Of a stretch of 64,000 nt of DNA, positions 52,601 to 63,926 are shown piece after piece. Source of the stretch: Styela clava (Eukaryota); NCBI RefSeq assembly GCF_964204865.1, contig NC_135264.1, positions 1,984,001-2,048,000 of the forward strand, read 5' to 3'. The position numbers and the translations under genes were made by a program. Within the stretch, counting starts at the first letter, position 1, and every line of letters starts with the position of its first letter. A model generated the notes under the pieces. That model was not told the DNA's origin. It saw nothing but the letters and a program-made list of their open reading frames with translations, and did not search any database.

Positions 52601-53069
52601 CTTTTTCAGAATTTGTCAAGTCTCGCGCCCCACCTCCAAAAAAAAAAATAGCTAACAATAAGCAACAAATAACAGATAGTTAGGCGAAAGTATGTTTTAT
52701 TTAAAAAACGCGTTAGAAATACGTGGATGGAACGTAAATAATGAAAAAATGAAAAGTTTTGAAATGTAAAGAAGGCCGGCAAGATGAAATCTGATGAATA
52801 TTTTCATTTTCAGTTAGCTTCACGCCTTCAAAAAATTGTCTACGCGCGCCACCGTTTGAAAACCACTGGCCTGATTGATCTATTTTCTGATTTTACTGGA
52901 CTTGACAAGATTTTGTTCAAAACAGCCGATTCAATTTGTGACTTTCTCCTATAACATACACTATTAACGTCCTTTCACTTCTATTTCAGAGGAATTCAAG
53001 CAATTCGTGGCTGAGCATGAACTTGAAGAAATTGCAGACTCCGGCGAGCTACGGTTATCAGATCATTAA
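49640..53069 (+). CDS. Putative antimicrobial/host-defence peptide precursor (signal, cationic amphipathic peptide, anionic C-terminal propiece), 147 aa, 4 coding exons
   Basis: Exons 49640-49785, 50599-50695, 52227-52347, 52990-53069, all GT-AG with compatible phases (2, 0, 1). Translation: MRLKVAAILFVAFSLLLVEESRG-WRRIFRRVGRIVKRVVKAYKRIRG-TTGGHIAIEAVKKYLTTVWNNKEEINELRELREKDEEAYMKAMSMIADEIAAESGDGEAQFMVEMLDELASMPDEEFKQFVAEHELEEIADSGELRLSDH*. AATAAA lies ~110 nt after the stop. Confidence 0.82.
49853..50069. mobile_element. MITE variant related to the 47674 family, in intron 1 of the peptide gene
   Basis: Shares cacttggcta..cgtaatagaactaaaa..atggccta..cgggagtacc with the 47674 copy; left arm matches 63927-64000. 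Confidence 0.7.
50740..51657. mobile_element. Possible non-autonomous piggyBac-like insertion in intron 2 of the peptide gene
   Basis: TTAA on both sides; ends cccttttccagcgg / cagctgtcagagag are only loosely complementary. Confidence 0.35.
52008..52100 (-). mobile_element. SINE fragment, family of 26166-26440
   Basis: aaggaagcc..cgacg..aagg..cagcaatcct.tcgcacataa.tat..aacctgc matches the 26322-26399 segment. Confidence 0.6.
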
Positions 53070-53918
53070 AATGGAGTTTCTTGACGGACAGACCGAGAAA
53101 CAGACAACTCGTTTTAATTTTATACTTTAGTTTTTTTATTGTTTTACAAAGATATTGCAGATTCAAAAAAAAAAAAATAATAATAAATGAATGGCGCCAC
53201 CATAAATTGAAATTGTATTTTATTTTTTCCTGCTACAGTATTAGTCAAGACAGTGGTTCTTAAAGGTAATTTACCGGGGGCCAAAATTAGAAGCGGGACG
53301 ATATTTGCGCGCCGGCAAGGGGCAGATGCTTCTGTCGGTACGTATTATCAAGATACCAATATAATTGAATTGTTACGATTATACACGTGCTTAAATTGTG
53401 GTAATGAGGTCAAAATTGGGGATATCTAAAGATAGAGAGAGTGTTGAATTATTTCACTTAAGTTCGGCGGGTCGTAATAAACCGTTACGCGAGCCGCTTA
53501 AAAACTGAATGAACTTTTCTGCGTTTTGTTGCCATTTGTCTAATTATGGTAGATAGAATTATAGGCTCATTAATAAACGAGTAATTGGGAATTTTATACT
53601 TGTTGCGTTATAATCTGTTCTACGTAAAGAATATAATCGTCAAAACAGCTGCTTTGTTACTATAATTCAGTGAAGCGTCGCGGGCCGGATTATATTGCTC
53701 CGCGGGCCGTGGTTTGCCGACCCCTGTTCTGGGGGCAAAATGGAAGCATACTTCATGGTTTTGGGTGAAAGTTCTCAAGTAACGAGTCAAATCTCGTGCC
53801 CCGATAAATTTAAAAAACTTTATATTACTAAGTCGAGTTACCATTGTTCCAAGTCAAACTGTTCCTAACTGTTTTGAGTTCTACGTCACCTATAAAGTGC
53901 GAGGGTGCTGCCCTTGAA

Positions 53919-54419
53919 CAGGGATCGGCAACCTATTGTCGCTCGCGGGCCAAAACTAAAGGTTGCAAATCTTTGTGGTCGCACATATTTTTTTTAAGTG
54001 AGTTTAAAACCAAACGGGTGGTTGATGAACCACATTTTTTACACAGATCAGTAAGTTAAAATTTTAGACCTAAAATAGCAAGCGAACACTGCCACTCGTG
54101 GACTCAAGTCGTCTTACTTGGCAAAAAATTTTAAAAATGACATTTATTGTGATACTTGTTGTTGCATTACGCTTGATAGCTTTTCGACACCAGGTGACAC
54201 TCTGGTCACCTGGCATTGTTTGCCAAATTTGAATACAAATTTCCTTCAAGTAGATACTTTTTTTAGAAATCAAGCAGACAACAACATTTTAAGAAAACGA
54301 TTCATATGTCCACACCGTGTTCAATATAATCTGCTCCACGAGCGTTTTGTCGCTAAATTTCAGTAAAGCATCGCGTGCCGGATGATTTTACTCCGCGGGC
54401 CGTAGGTTGCCGACCCCTG
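53919..54419. mobile_element. hAT-type MITE
   Basis: TIR cagggatcggcaacct / aggttgccgacccctg; TSD cccttgaa / ccctagaa. Confidence 0.82.
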
Positions 54420-55445
54420 CCCTAGAACTTCGGCGCGTGTTGAGACTGGGCCACCTTGGAAGTCCGCTATAAGGTCTTTGTTAACAACGCGTAAAATGTA
54501 GAAATTCGTAAAAGTAAAGTATTTTGAGCGCATCGTTCTAGTAATTAACATTTGATATTTGTGGTATTGGGCTTATTGCTATCTGCTTCGTCGAAAATAT
54601 TAAAGTAACAATACTAAACAATTGTATAAATGCATCGTGGTAATTTGTATCTTAAAATCTAGCAATGCGTTATGCAGCCACATCATCTGGCCTTGCTGAC
54701 GCATGCTATTCATCCCTTGAAACTGATCAGACCGCCGTCGAACGCTGACATGGTGTTAAACGGTGGAATACTGGAGTATATAAGTATAAGTAAGAAATTT
54801 TTGGACGAAAACTTGAAAAACCGGACTAACACAGATCCTCCTGAGAAGATAAATACAAACTTAAATCTAAACGATAGCCTACTGGTGAATTCTGTGCACG
54901 GGCACTCATAAAAACAATTATCAGGAAAAATAATAAATTACAATATGTTCTAGGAATCAAGTAGATTCAGATAATTTTTTTTTATCATGTAAGAATCAAT
55001 GCAAACACAACATAAACTAGTCGGATACATTACCGATACGATATGGGTGAGTTTGCATCAGATCACGCTGACCTGCATGGAGTTTATCACGAAAAACTGG
55101 TCGAAGCGGAGGATAACATGAACTGCCAAACGTCAGATGTAACGGATATTTCACGATGAATTCCAAAAAAGACTGCTTACGCAATACACATGGATTTTGA
55201 CTGAAACTGAAGTTGGAACGCCAGAGCGTGAAATTCTCTTGTCATATTTTGCTTCGTTTGTTGTTGTTTACTTTTACGCTGCTTTTATTATTATTGTTTA
55301 TGTCCAGTAGACTATTAGTTGAGTGCATGTGCGTTTGTAATCACATAAATCATCACCAATCGCGCACCGCTTGTTTGTTGTATTTAACACTTCTCGTTAC
55401 CTATACAGATATATATAGTAGAAACTGCCATATATATAGCGAAGT

Positions 55446-56230
55446 TTGATATGGATATCACAAAATAGGCCTTCAAAAGTATTAATATTGTGCGATTGTC
55501 TTTCTGCATTGGAAAGCATACAGAAAATTTGGAATGTTAAGCATTTTTTATCGACAAAAATACAACTACTTCATTCTATTATTTGTCACACGACTGATAT
55601 CAAGTTTCTGTGGATACCAACCAGCACATATTGGTATTAGCGTAATGATGCAGTGGATCGACTGGCGAAAGACGTAGCAAATGGAATTGTCATCAATGCT
55701 GTTTTTCAACGGTCATTGAAAGAAGCTAAGACATTGTGCAAGCAAGCATGTCTTGCAAAATGAAATTTACCATACCAAGCTAACGATACTGCAAGCCATT
55801 ATAAGAACTTTCGAACTCATATAGCCCAAAAGACTGTCTATTTCAATTTTTCCCGCCAAAAAGAAATAGTATTTTTTCGTCTTCAAACTGGACATATCAG
55901 ACTCAACTATCATTTATTTGAAATAGGGCTACATTCCACAGGGCACTGTATTCGATGTGATACAAATGAACTGTTTCCCATTTTATATTGTCCCAGGTAT
56001 AATAACTTACGATGCGAATTAAGACGTGAAGCAGCAAAAATGAATGTGCCCTGGGAAAGTATTCGTATTTTCAATGTTCCTGATTTGATTCAATTTATTA
56101 TTAGTTTTGCTATATCCACCAAACGAGAGCTGTGTACCTATTTTATTGTACCATACTGACTACTCTCTTTGTTATTTGGCGCAAAAGATCCGGTTGTAAA
56201 AGACGCCAATAAACCTTTTACCTTACCTTA
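55446..56230 (+). mobile_element. 5'-truncated, degenerate non-LTR retrotransposon (I-group-like): RNase H, C-terminal zinc finger and 3' tail
   Basis: Frame-shifted translation gives ILCDCLSALESI..IKFLWIP-AHIGI..NDAVDRLAK (RNase H), then FFRLQTGHIRLNYHLFEIGLHSTGHCIRC..SHF..CPRY; ends aataaa plus ttacc repeats. Confidence 0.8.
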
Positions 56231-56941
56231 ACTGCAGTCCATGTTCAAACTCCGCATCCACACCAAAGTATTTACGCCCGAATTATCTTTTGTGTATTTT
56301 TTTTTAAATTTATTCCAATTGTGTTGTTTGCTGTTTGGTGTCAAAGCCCGTATGTTTGGGGTAAGGGGGCACGTGCATCAGCACGTCTGAAATCCTTTTT
56401 AGATTTCGCCTACTTTCCTGATTTCTCGTTTATTTGTTTGTTTTGCCATGTATTGTTTTGTTGTAACGGAAAATCGAAAAAAACACATACATTTACTTAT
56501 TTGCATTTGGCCAAACGCCAATATCACTAGAATTCGCCAAATCTGGCAATTACCTACCGGACCGGACCTTTCCAAGCGAAGAATTACGACAGCCGAAACA
56601 AAAAACCTGGCAACATTGGTTATACAGCATGTTGCAAGTTTTCTCGAAAGTGTTTAGGTTCTCTATCTGCAGATTTGCGCTACCGCCAGTATCGCATTGT
56701 TTGATCTTTCATTTAACAGATTCAACCTTCAGACGTTGGTAGCGGTAGTCTAGTACCGTAAGTAGTGAAGTGCGTAGGTCTGCCCATAAGTTGAAACAAT
56801 AATAAAGCGTACTATGTCTGGATGTGGGACTAGTATATAAAATGGGTTACCGGTACTGGGTTACCGGTATCATATTTGTTCAAAATGTCTGAATGTAGAA
56901 AATCCGGGTCTCGGGTAGTTAAGTACGGTACCTAAACAAAA

Positions 56942-57447
56942 ACTTCTAGTGGGCGTACCGGTAGCACAACAATTTTTCTACAGGACAATCCTAACCCCCA
57001 CCTGACTACGCCATCCAAAAATCATGTCACAATCACGTCATAGAGCAGTAGAGCTTGCCAAAGTATATCTCCGATCGCCTGAAGTCTGAAAGTGGCATCT
57101 GCGTCGATGATAAAGAACTCACTAACGGCAGCGATCTCTTATATCGGGATCGCTGCTTGGAGAAAACGAGATAAATAGCTTGATCGAATCAACATTTAAG
57201 CACTAAAAATATCAAAAACGCATTTCTATATACCTAAAACACCGCCGTAGAAAATGTGAAAAGACGGACAACTCACCAGGCCTCTCTGTAGTCGAGTTGT
57301 CTCTGGTGAGTTGTCCGTGTAGTCGAGTTGTCCGCATCCCAACCGTAGTGCTGTAGTGACGTACCGTAATTTTTGGATGACGCAGTCAGGATTGACATAG
57401 ATGCTAAAGTTGTTATGCTACCGGTACGCGTACGCCCACTAGAAGTA
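56942..57447. mobile_element. Foldback/MITE-like inverted repeat element
   Basis: Outer arms acttctagtgggcgta / tacgcccactagaagt; inner arms cctgactacgccatccaaaaat / atttttggatgacgcagtcagg; related copy at 58298-58622. Confidence 0.7.
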
Positions 57448-58297
57448 CCTCGGGCAGTCAGGTACGAAACTAAATAGAACCCGAAAATCCGGGGGTCTCC
57501 TTAAGTACACGCCGCAAGTAGGGTGGTGGAGCCAGTCTGTGGACAATTAAATTCAAATCGTTATAAAACAAAAACCAATATTTCTAACCTGTTAATTTTT
57601 TCACAGTAGGTGCATTGGCATTTATTCTACACGCTAAACTTCGAAATAACTCCCTATGACGAGGGGTTCAAGCTATACAAACCACCAAAGTACGACACTC
57701 GGAAGACAAATTTGTGATCGAACGACCAGTGTGCGACCACGTATTTCAAGCCTTGAACATCGTTTCTGCTGTGTCAAGACTAGAGCATACGCAGCCATGC
57801 GGGAAAAAATTGGGCTTATAATTGCATTTCTGACTGTCATATTTTAAGAACACAGTTATTTCTGACAAAACTCGTCAAATTATAAACAAAGCAACGCATC
57901 ACAGCAATCAAACAGACAAAAACACTGTCTGGCGGTGGTCGCAAATTGGTCGACAAAGATATTATCGGCGTATTGGACATGCGCACCCCCCTATTCCCCC
58001 CTCCTTTAAATGTAGAAACGCGAAACTTTAAAGATGGTTAAAAGAAACACAACTCTACCCACCTGCCAAGTTTCATCTGTTTATCTCTTAGATATGTATG
58101 GATTTTCATGGAGACAATGGGTAGTTGGAACATGATAAAATGGTCCGTTTTTTTTCCTCCGGTCGGGTTTTCGGTCGTAGCTTTTTTGTTTGTGCCCGTA
58201 TTTTAGTGTAATTTTGCTGAGCTACTAGTGGACGATGACGCGTGAGAAATGTCGCGTGGTTCGTTAAATGGCTTAAGCAAAGTGGCTAAGCCACCCT

Positions 58298-58622
58298 ACT
58301 TCTAGTTGGCCTGGCTCAGGAATGACCATTCATAACCCCCACCTGACTATGTCATCCGAAAATTACATCGCTGCGAAGTCGCAGTGACGTAATACGGCCT
58401 CCAAAGTATACGGATGGTCGCCAGACAATCATCCGAAATCGAGCAGTCTATTTCTTTCGTTTTCTTGTGAAACGATACCGATAAAAGAGAGATCACTGAC
58501 GTTAGTGAGTCGTTACGTTATTACGTTACTGTGATGTCTCAGGGACATAAATTTTGAATGACGTTGTGTTAGGAATACCATAATATGCTATACCTAATGT
58601 TTGTGCCACGTCCTCTAGAAGT
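58298..58622. mobile_element. Second copy of the 56942 element family
   Basis: acttctagt..taacccccacctgacta.g.catcc.aaa..aaagtata..ctagaagt shared with the 56942 copy. Confidence 0.65.
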
Positions 58623-59145
58623 ACTTGCAAACATGGCCCGATTGTTGCCATCAACTTATATTTTGGCCCAATAAAATACTGAGATGTTGACTACTAAACT
58701 AGGCATTTTGTAATTTTTCTTTTTAATGCTTCATTATGCACTTCAAATACTGAAATAAATTGAAATATGCTAGTCCAAGCTTCCAATGTTTAACATTCTG
58801 ACATGATACCGAAACGCCTGCTTGAAATAAAGCCAGGGGACCAATATGTCTTATATATTTTATTTGGTATTGTCCCCAAACTACATTGTCTAACTGCAGG
58901 AAGCATGCTGGCATGCAAAAGAATTGGGCCAACACTGATGCGAATACTGATTCTACTATTTTCAGCTTTGTGCATGTACAAGACATACCGATAATCAATA
59001 AATTGTGTACTCAAATTATTGAAAATATTTTACAGTGGCCACAACCGTAATCGAATCCGTTTGAATTCAATTACTTTGCATCGTTCATCCCTTTGAAAGT
59101 ATTGAGTTTAAACAATACATATATATTTTTAGAAAATAATACATT

Positions 59146-62100
59146 ATGGATGTGGATGTAGATAATAAACCATCAAAACAACACAAAGTAAGAAAAGCTG
59201 GCAGGAAAGCAGAAAAAAGGAAACTGAAGGAAGACAACAGCAGAGAGGATGCAACTACTAAAAAGAAAAACCCAAAAGCGTATGCAATCCAAAGTGTTAA
59301 CAAATTAGCCAAGTCGTTTCATCGGGCACAAGACATCAAAACGAAAAAACATCATATACCTGTCGTTGATAGAACCCCACAGGTGCCACCACCTGTCGTT
59401 GTTGCTATAGTTGGTCCACCAAAGGTTGGTAAAACGACTTTGTTACAATGTATTATAAAGAATTATACAAAGCAAAAACTGACTAATATTCAAGGACCAG
59501 TCACAGTCGTATCTGGTAAAAATCGTAGACTCACAATTATCGAATGTCCGAACGACATTAGTGCTATGATTGATATTGCAAAAATTGCGGACTTGGTACT
59601 TTTACTTGTTGATGCAGGATTTGGATTTGAAATGGAAACTTTTGAATTTTTGAACATCTGCCAAGTGCATGGTATGCCAAAAATAATGGGTGTTTTGACT
59701 CATTTGGATGCAATTGACAATGCGAAGAAAATAAAGAAAACAAAAAAATTATTAAAACATAGATTTTGGACTGAAATATACCAAGGTGCCAAGTTGTTTT
59801 ATTTAAGCAGAATGGTCTATGGTGAATATCAAAAAATGGAAATTCATAATTTATGTCGATTTATCAGCGTAATGAAGTTCAGACCTTTGATATGGAGATC
59901 AACACATTCATATTTATTAACTGATAGAATGGAAGACCTAACCGATCCTGAAAAAATTCGACAAGATTCTATTTGTAATCGGAATATATCATTGTATGGT
60001 TACGTCCGTGGAATGCCACTAAAAAATCTTTCATCAATTCATATTCCTGGTGTCGGGGATCAAATTATTAAAAATATCTCATTTCTTCCGGACCCGTGCC
60101 CTTTGCCCGAAAAGGGAGAAAAAAGACAAAGGCGTACTCTGGATGTAAAAGAAAGACTTATTTATGCTCCTATGTCTGGAGTTGGTGGAATTATTTATGA
60201 TAAGGATGCTGTTTATATTGATGTGCAAAGCTCGACACAAAGGAATAATGGACAAGTCGGTGAAATAGAAACTATTGATAACGAAATAGTAGATGATTCA
60301 ATGATTGGAACAATGACATTATCAAAACAAACTATTGATCATAAAATGGAAAAGAGTCAATTTTCACTTCTGGAGGGAATGAAACCAATTACGAACAACG
60401 AAGCAGAAAGTATGATTGAAATGCCTATGGAAGAAAAAACATTTGATGTTGAAACAAATCGTGTTAGGAGAAGAGCAGTTTTTTCTATGAAAGATGGTGA
60501 ACAGCAAGATTCTACATCAGACGATGATGAGGAAGGTTATCAAAGTGGAGATTCCGATGATGAAAGTTGTAACGAATCTGAAAATGGAATAGAAGAACCA
60601 AATGGCATTTCTGAAAGTAAACTGAAATGGAAAGAAAATTTGAAATTGAAAGCTCAAAATTTGTATATTCACAGGCAGAAAATGATGAAAAATCTTCCAA
60701 AGTTGGTTTATGGTAAAATTGAAATCAAATCAGACACTTCTGAGTCCGAGGAAGATGAAAAAGTCGCTGGTGATTTATTTGTCGTCAAACGGAATATGAA
60801 AGCAAAGAAAAATACGAAAGACAATAAAGACTGCAACATAACTTTGCGGCGACAACATGGGGATGAAAATAGTGAAGATATACGCCAAAGTATCAGTGAT
60901 TGTTTTGTCACTGGTGATTGGAATCAAGATGAAGACGCCTCTCACTTATTACAAGAGGATGAAAATTTGTATGGTGATTTTGAAGATTTGGAAACAGGAC
61001 AATCTTTCACATCTGGAGCTAAAGATAATGAAAGTGATTCTGATGATGTTGATACAGTTAGAATTAAGAAACCCGATGACCGTGAAGCTAGATTGAGAGA
61101 AAAACGTCTTGCCAGAAAACGAAAAATGAAAGAAATATTCGATCGGGAATATGACGTCAGCCAAGAAAATGGTGAAGTAACAACCGCAAGTGGAAGCCTT
61201 TTCGACTCTGTCAAAACTGAACTGGCTGAACAAGCGAAATTGAACCGTGCTGAATTTGAGGATATGGATGACGCAACTAGAGTACAATATGAAGGCTACA
61301 GACCCGGAATGTATGTTCGCATTGAACTGCACGATATTCCTTGTGAGTTTGTAAAATATTTCAATCCAACATACCCAGTTATAGCAGGTGGTTTGTTGGC
61401 AACTGAAATTCAAACAGGCTTTATCAGAGTTCGAGTTAAAAAACATCGCTGGTATCCGAAAATTTTGAAAACACGTAATCCAATGATATTTTCTATGGGT
61501 TGGAGAAGATTTCAATCTTTGCCGATGTATTATATGGAAGATCACAATTTGAGACAGAGATATCTTAAATATACACCACAAAATATGCATTGTTGGGCTG
61601 TAATGTGGGGTCCTCTTTGCCCACAAGGTACAGGATTCTTAGCAATCCAAGCTCTTGCAAATAGAGACGTTCCTAATTTTAGAATCACTGCCTCTGGGAC
61701 TATTTTAGAATCTGATAAAAGTACAAAATTGGTTAAAAAATTGAAGCTTATTGGTTATCCATATAAGATATTTAAAAATACCTGTTTTGTGAAAGGAATG
61801 TTCAACTCATCTCTTGAAGTTGCTAAATTTGAGGGAGCAGCCATTCGAACTGTCAGCGGCATACGAGGACAGATAAAAAGAGCGGTTACTGATGGCCCGA
61901 ACAATAGCGGAGGATCCGAAGCCGGATCTTTCCGAGCATCTTTCGAAGATCGTATATTGATGAGTGACATAGTGTTCTGTCGTACCTGGTGTCCAGTTGA
62001 TGTTCCAAAATTTTTTTTGAATTGTGCAAATTTAATGTTGCCCGACAAAGATAGTTGGAGTGCAATGAAAACTGTCGGACAACTGCGTCATGAAAAAGAT

Positions 62101-62496
62101 CAGAAATTACAACCGAACGAAGACTCCCTTTATAGACCAATCGAAAGAGAAACTAGGGTTTTCAATCCTGTTGTAATACCCAAAAAATTACAAAAAGAAT
62201 TACCATATAAAGTAAGACCGAAGTTACGAAGAGAAAAAATAGAAAGCAGACAAGAAGGAATGATGAAAGTTGCGATTGTCAGAGAACCGAAAGATAGAAA
62301 AATAGTCGAACTTATGACAGCATTGCGTGCGCTTGATCATGACAAAAAGAAAAAGACCAAACAAGAGAAGAGGGTCAAATATCTCAAGCACAGAGAAATG
62401 TTAGAAAAAGAGGAAATCAAAAATAAATGGAAACATAAAGAAGCAAAAAGGAAAGCTTACGCAATGCTGAATCAAAAACAGAAGAAGAAAAGATAG
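59146..62496 (+). CDS. BMS1: Ribosome biogenesis GTPase BMS1, single coding exon, 1116 aa
   Basis: KKHHIPVVDR, P-loop GPPKVGKTT, HRFWTEIYQGAKLFYLS, KKHRWYPKILK, VAKFEGAAIRTVSGIRGQIK. Confidence 0.97.
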   Translation: MDVDVDNKPSKQHKVRKAGRKAEKRKLKEDNSREDATTKKKNPKAYAIQSVNKLAKSFHRAQDIKTKKHHIPVVDRTPQVPPPVVVAIVGPPKVGKTTLLQCIIKNYTKQKLTNIQGPVTVVSGKNRRLTIIECPNDISAMIDIAKIADLVLLLVDAGFGFEMETFEFLNICQVHGMPKIMGVLTHLDAIDNAKKIKKTKKLLKHRFWTEIYQGAKLFYLSRMVYGEYQKMEIHNLCRFISVMKFRPLIWRSTHSYLLTDRMEDLTDPEKIRQDSICNRNISLYGYVRGMPLKNLSSIHIPGVGDQIIKNISFLPDPCPLPEKGEKRQRRTLDVKERLIYAPMSGVGGIIYDKDAVYIDVQSSTQRNNGQVGEIETIDNEIVDDSMIGTMTLSKQTIDHKMEKSQFSLLEGMKPITNNEAESMIEMPMEEKTFDVETNRVRRRAVFSMKDGEQQDSTSDDDEEGYQSGDSDDESCNESENGIEEPNGISESKLKWKENLKLKAQNLYIHRQKMMKNLPKLVYGKIEIKSDTSESEEDEKVAGDLFVVKRNMKAKKNTKDNKDCNITLRRQHGDENSEDIRQSISDCFVTGDWNQDEDASHLLQEDENLYGDFEDLETGQSFTSGAKDNESDSDDVDTVRIKKPDDREARLREKRLARKRKMKEIFDREYDVSQENGEVTTASGSLFDSVKTELAEQAKLNRAEFEDMDDATRVQYEGYRPGMYVRIELHDIPCEFVKYFNPTYPVIAGGLLATEIQTGFIRVRVKKHRWYPKILKTRNPMIFSMGWRRFQSLPMYYMEDHNLRQRYLKYTPQNMHCWAVMWGPLCPQGTGFLAIQALANRDVPNFRITASGTILESDKSTKLVKKLKLIGYPYKIFKNTCFVKGMFNSSLEVAKFEGAAIRTVSGIRGQIKRAVTDGPNNSGGSEAGSFRASFEDRILMSDIVFCRTWCPVDVPKFFLNCANLMLPDKDSWSAMKTVGQLRHEKDQKLQPNEDSLYRPIERETRVFNPVVIPKKLQKELPYKVRPKLRREKIESRQEGMMKVAIVREPKDRKIVELMTALRALDHDKKKKTKQEKRVKYLKHREMLEKEEIKNKWKHKEAKRKAYAMLNQKQKKKR

Positions 62497-63149
62497 GAAA
62501 TTTAGTTACACTTGAAGAGCTTCTCATTGTATCTTATATGCTAAATTAAAGCATGAAAGCTATTCAGAATTTTCGACTTATAAGGGCATTAACTAAATAG
62601 ATACCAAATAGAAACAATTTTCTTTTACATTTATTAATATCATCCAATTGTATTTTCCACTAAGGCAGCCAGTGTTATGTTGATTGATCCATAGTAATTT
62701 TTTGAAAAGAGAGATATTGCATGAAAGGCAGTGTTTCTATTCTTGCATATTCTTTGAAAATACTTTTAGGGGATTTATTTGTGTTTCTTAGCTAAATTTT
62801 TCGAATAATGTTAATTGAATAAACAAACAGTCTACTGTCAGGTAGCTTACATGTCATTTTTTTCTCGTACTGCATCTTGTTTAAAAGACATGTATTTGTG
62901 TCAAAACTAAGGTTATTTGCATACTACTGTATTTGAAATGGTATTGTAATTATTGATGCCATCATAGACTAATGCTAAATTGTGCTTTCATGTATGTCTT
63001 TCTCCCTCCTCTGGATAGGAACAGTCCTATTTCACTAAGTGTCTTATTATTTTCTTTGCCTAGATGATTACCTAATTTCAGGCACATTAAATTAACATTT
63101 GAGTACTGATTGGCATGAAGACTGAAGTTGTTTTGTGAATATTACAAAC

Positions 63150-63677
63150 ATGGGAAGACGTTATTACTGTGAATTCTGCGATCGGGCATTTTTAGACAAT
63201 CTGAATGCGAGAAAGAAGCATGTTGTGAGCAGTACGCATCAACAGTTGCGGAAGGCCTATTATGACAAATTCAAAACTAAGCAACAAAAGCTGAATGACG
63301 AACTTGCAAAGCCACGAATATGCAAATATTACCAGAATTCAGGGAATTGCCAATTTGGGTCTAGTTGCCGATACCGTCATATTAGCGATGTCGAAATAGA
63401 GAGAATAAAGAAAGAAATTAATGAAGAATCAAAAAAAGATGAAATGAGCAATAGAACTGTCAAAAACTGGCTTTCTTTAAACAAACAAAAACAAATCAGC
63501 AAAGAAAAGCTTGAGAAAACTGGTGGTGCTGCGGTCTCTGAGCGGAAAATCCCTGACATCCCTCAAACATCAACTGTACTCCCAGATTCTTTGAAGCAGT
63601 TGCCCTTTCTTCCTTTGTCGATGCAACCACCTCCAGAAGATGGTTGGCCACGACTTAATGAGGTTGAATGGGGATGA
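63150..63677 (+). CDS. ZMAT5: Zinc finger matrin-type 5 (U11/U12 snRNP 20K), single coding exon
   Basis: MGRRYYCEFCDRAF..RKKH..H (U1C/matrin finger), CCCH finger CKYYQNSGNCQFGSSCRYRH, C-terminal LPLSMQPPPEDGWP..EWG. ATG at 63150. Confidence 0.93.
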   Translation: MGRRYYCEFCDRAFLDNLNARKKHVVSSTHQQLRKAYYDKFKTKQQKLNDELAKPRICKYYQNSGNCQFGSSCRYRHISDVEIERIKKEINEESKKDEMSNRTVKNWLSLNKQKQISKEKLEKTGGAAVSERKIPDIPQTSTVLPDSLKQLPFLPLSMQPPPEDGWPRLNEVEWG

Positions 63678-63926
63678 TATGATTGGGCCTTTTGACATGG
63701 ATTTCATGTTGATCATTGGTCCTTTGTAAGGCTTGCATGAATTGTAAAACAGAGTAGACAAAAAGTGGTATCTGTGCTGGCGGTGAATTGATGCTCAATT
63801 AAGAATTATTATTAAGGCATTGGATTCTTTGCGATTTCAAGGCAATATAAATTACATTGGTGAGAAACTGTGAATCAGCGTTCTAACTTGAAAAAACTGG
63901 AATCATCTTAAATTTGGACATAAATT

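Noticed and set aside
57265-57340. Short repeated gagttgtc units, superficially array-like
   Set aside because: No unique spacers and no cas genes; eukaryotic MITE-type subterminal repeats, not CRISPR.
60512-62140. Antisense ORFs within BMS1 (up to 225 aa)
   Set aside because: Shadow frames of a long coding exon.
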